DNA of 63,487 nt, the filler included, from Rozella allomycis CSF55 (Eukaryota): assembly GCA_000442015.1 (NCBI GenBank). It is 12 parts of 12 records of this genome, joined end to end, with 100 filler letters (N's around TTAATTAATTAA, not from the genome) between each part and the next. Parts side by side here need not be neighbours in the genome. Positions count along the whole stretch, not along the records: positions 58,140 to 63,487 come from KE561400.1; 11 more parts are not named here. The stretch is one strand, 5' to 3'. Of this stretch, positions 62,793 to 63,487 are shown piece by piece. The notes below the pieces were generated by a model that did no database searches, was not told the DNA's origin, and was given only the letters and a program-made list of their open reading frames with translations. A program made the translations under genes and the position numbers. Numbering within the stretch: position 1 is the stretch's first letter; every line of letters begins with the position of its first letter.

Positions 62793-63487
62793 TTAAAGAT
62801 TATACTTGTCTTGCATGTCTCTAAGAAATGAAGATAGCTAAGTTTAAGAATGAAATTGGCTTTTACTTTTGTACCACCTTGATTAATTAGTCCGCGCAAG
62901 GTTTCCACATCTAAACTTGCAGCTTGATCAATTAGCTTCATAGCCATATCCCTCACATCTGGGCTTTGTCTGCTCAAAACTTCATTTTCATCTCTATTAA
63001 AAAATTGGTTAGAGGAAATGGATTTAGCACCTGTGAACTCTTTATATTTATTCTCTGCGTAAGGATCAGGCGCGTAAGAGTTTTTGCCGAAAAATTGATC
63101 AGATGAAATTCCTTTCTGATTACTGAATCTCTTAACAGCCGAATCTTCTGGTTTNCTGTATTTATTCTCTGCGTAAGGATCTGGCGCGTAAGAATTTTTG
63201 CCGAAAAATTGATCAGAAGAAATTCCTTTCTGATTACTGAATCTCTTAACAGCCGAATCTTCTGGTTTAACTTCGATATCTGGGAATTTCTTTTTGGATT
63301 GATTAACGTCTGTTGACAATGCTATTCTACCGAAGCCCATTCCAAGTCTATCATACGCTTCCTGTTGTGATTTATCCATTTTAACCATGGGCGGCGTGCG
63401 TGACGATGAACTGCTATCTCTTGAAGGTTTTACTGGATGAGAGGGAGTTTGCCTTTCCTTTGCTGCTTCTGCAATCTTTTGTTCGTT
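62793..63487 (-). CDS. GLO3: ArfGAP2/3 (Glo3) C-terminal region, 5' truncated
   Basis: RLGMG, RFSNQKGISSDQFFG, FTGAKSISSNQFF Glo3 motifs; a 29-nt intron precedes LSSFLRDMQDKYNL*. Confidence 0.88.

Overview
Eukaryotic, AT-rich and extremely compact DNA. It is not one contiguous locus: about 12 contigs are joined by artificial N44-TTAATTAATTAA-N44 linkers, and many single-N joins duplicate short allelic segments. Gene content includes fungal-type housekeeping genes, flagellar genes (DNAAF3, C1a-32/CLAMP-like, MAK/ICK), SUZ12, Crinkler-type genes, secreted F-box proteins and dozens of 26-31 nt GT-AG introns. This fits a zoosporic early-diverging fungus or relative such as Rozella (inference). 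Bases 1-33.1 kb and 56.7-63.5 kb are gene-dense; 33.2-56.6 kb is mostly copia/gypsy retroelements, CRN-related fragments and effector-like genes. Main leads: (1) a Ty3/gypsy chromovirus-like element with a DIRS-like N6-adenine methyltransferase-fold domain after RNase H; (2) apparently length-defined ~26-nt introns, two of which seem to end in TG rather than AG; (3) two signal-peptide + F-box proteins; (4) a histone stem-loop-like hairpin after H3; (5) C-to-G skew flips suggesting fixed replication origins; (6) an intronless MASE1-like gene; (7) TAA stops embedded in AATAAA. All domain calls are from motif recognition by eye, not from database searches.
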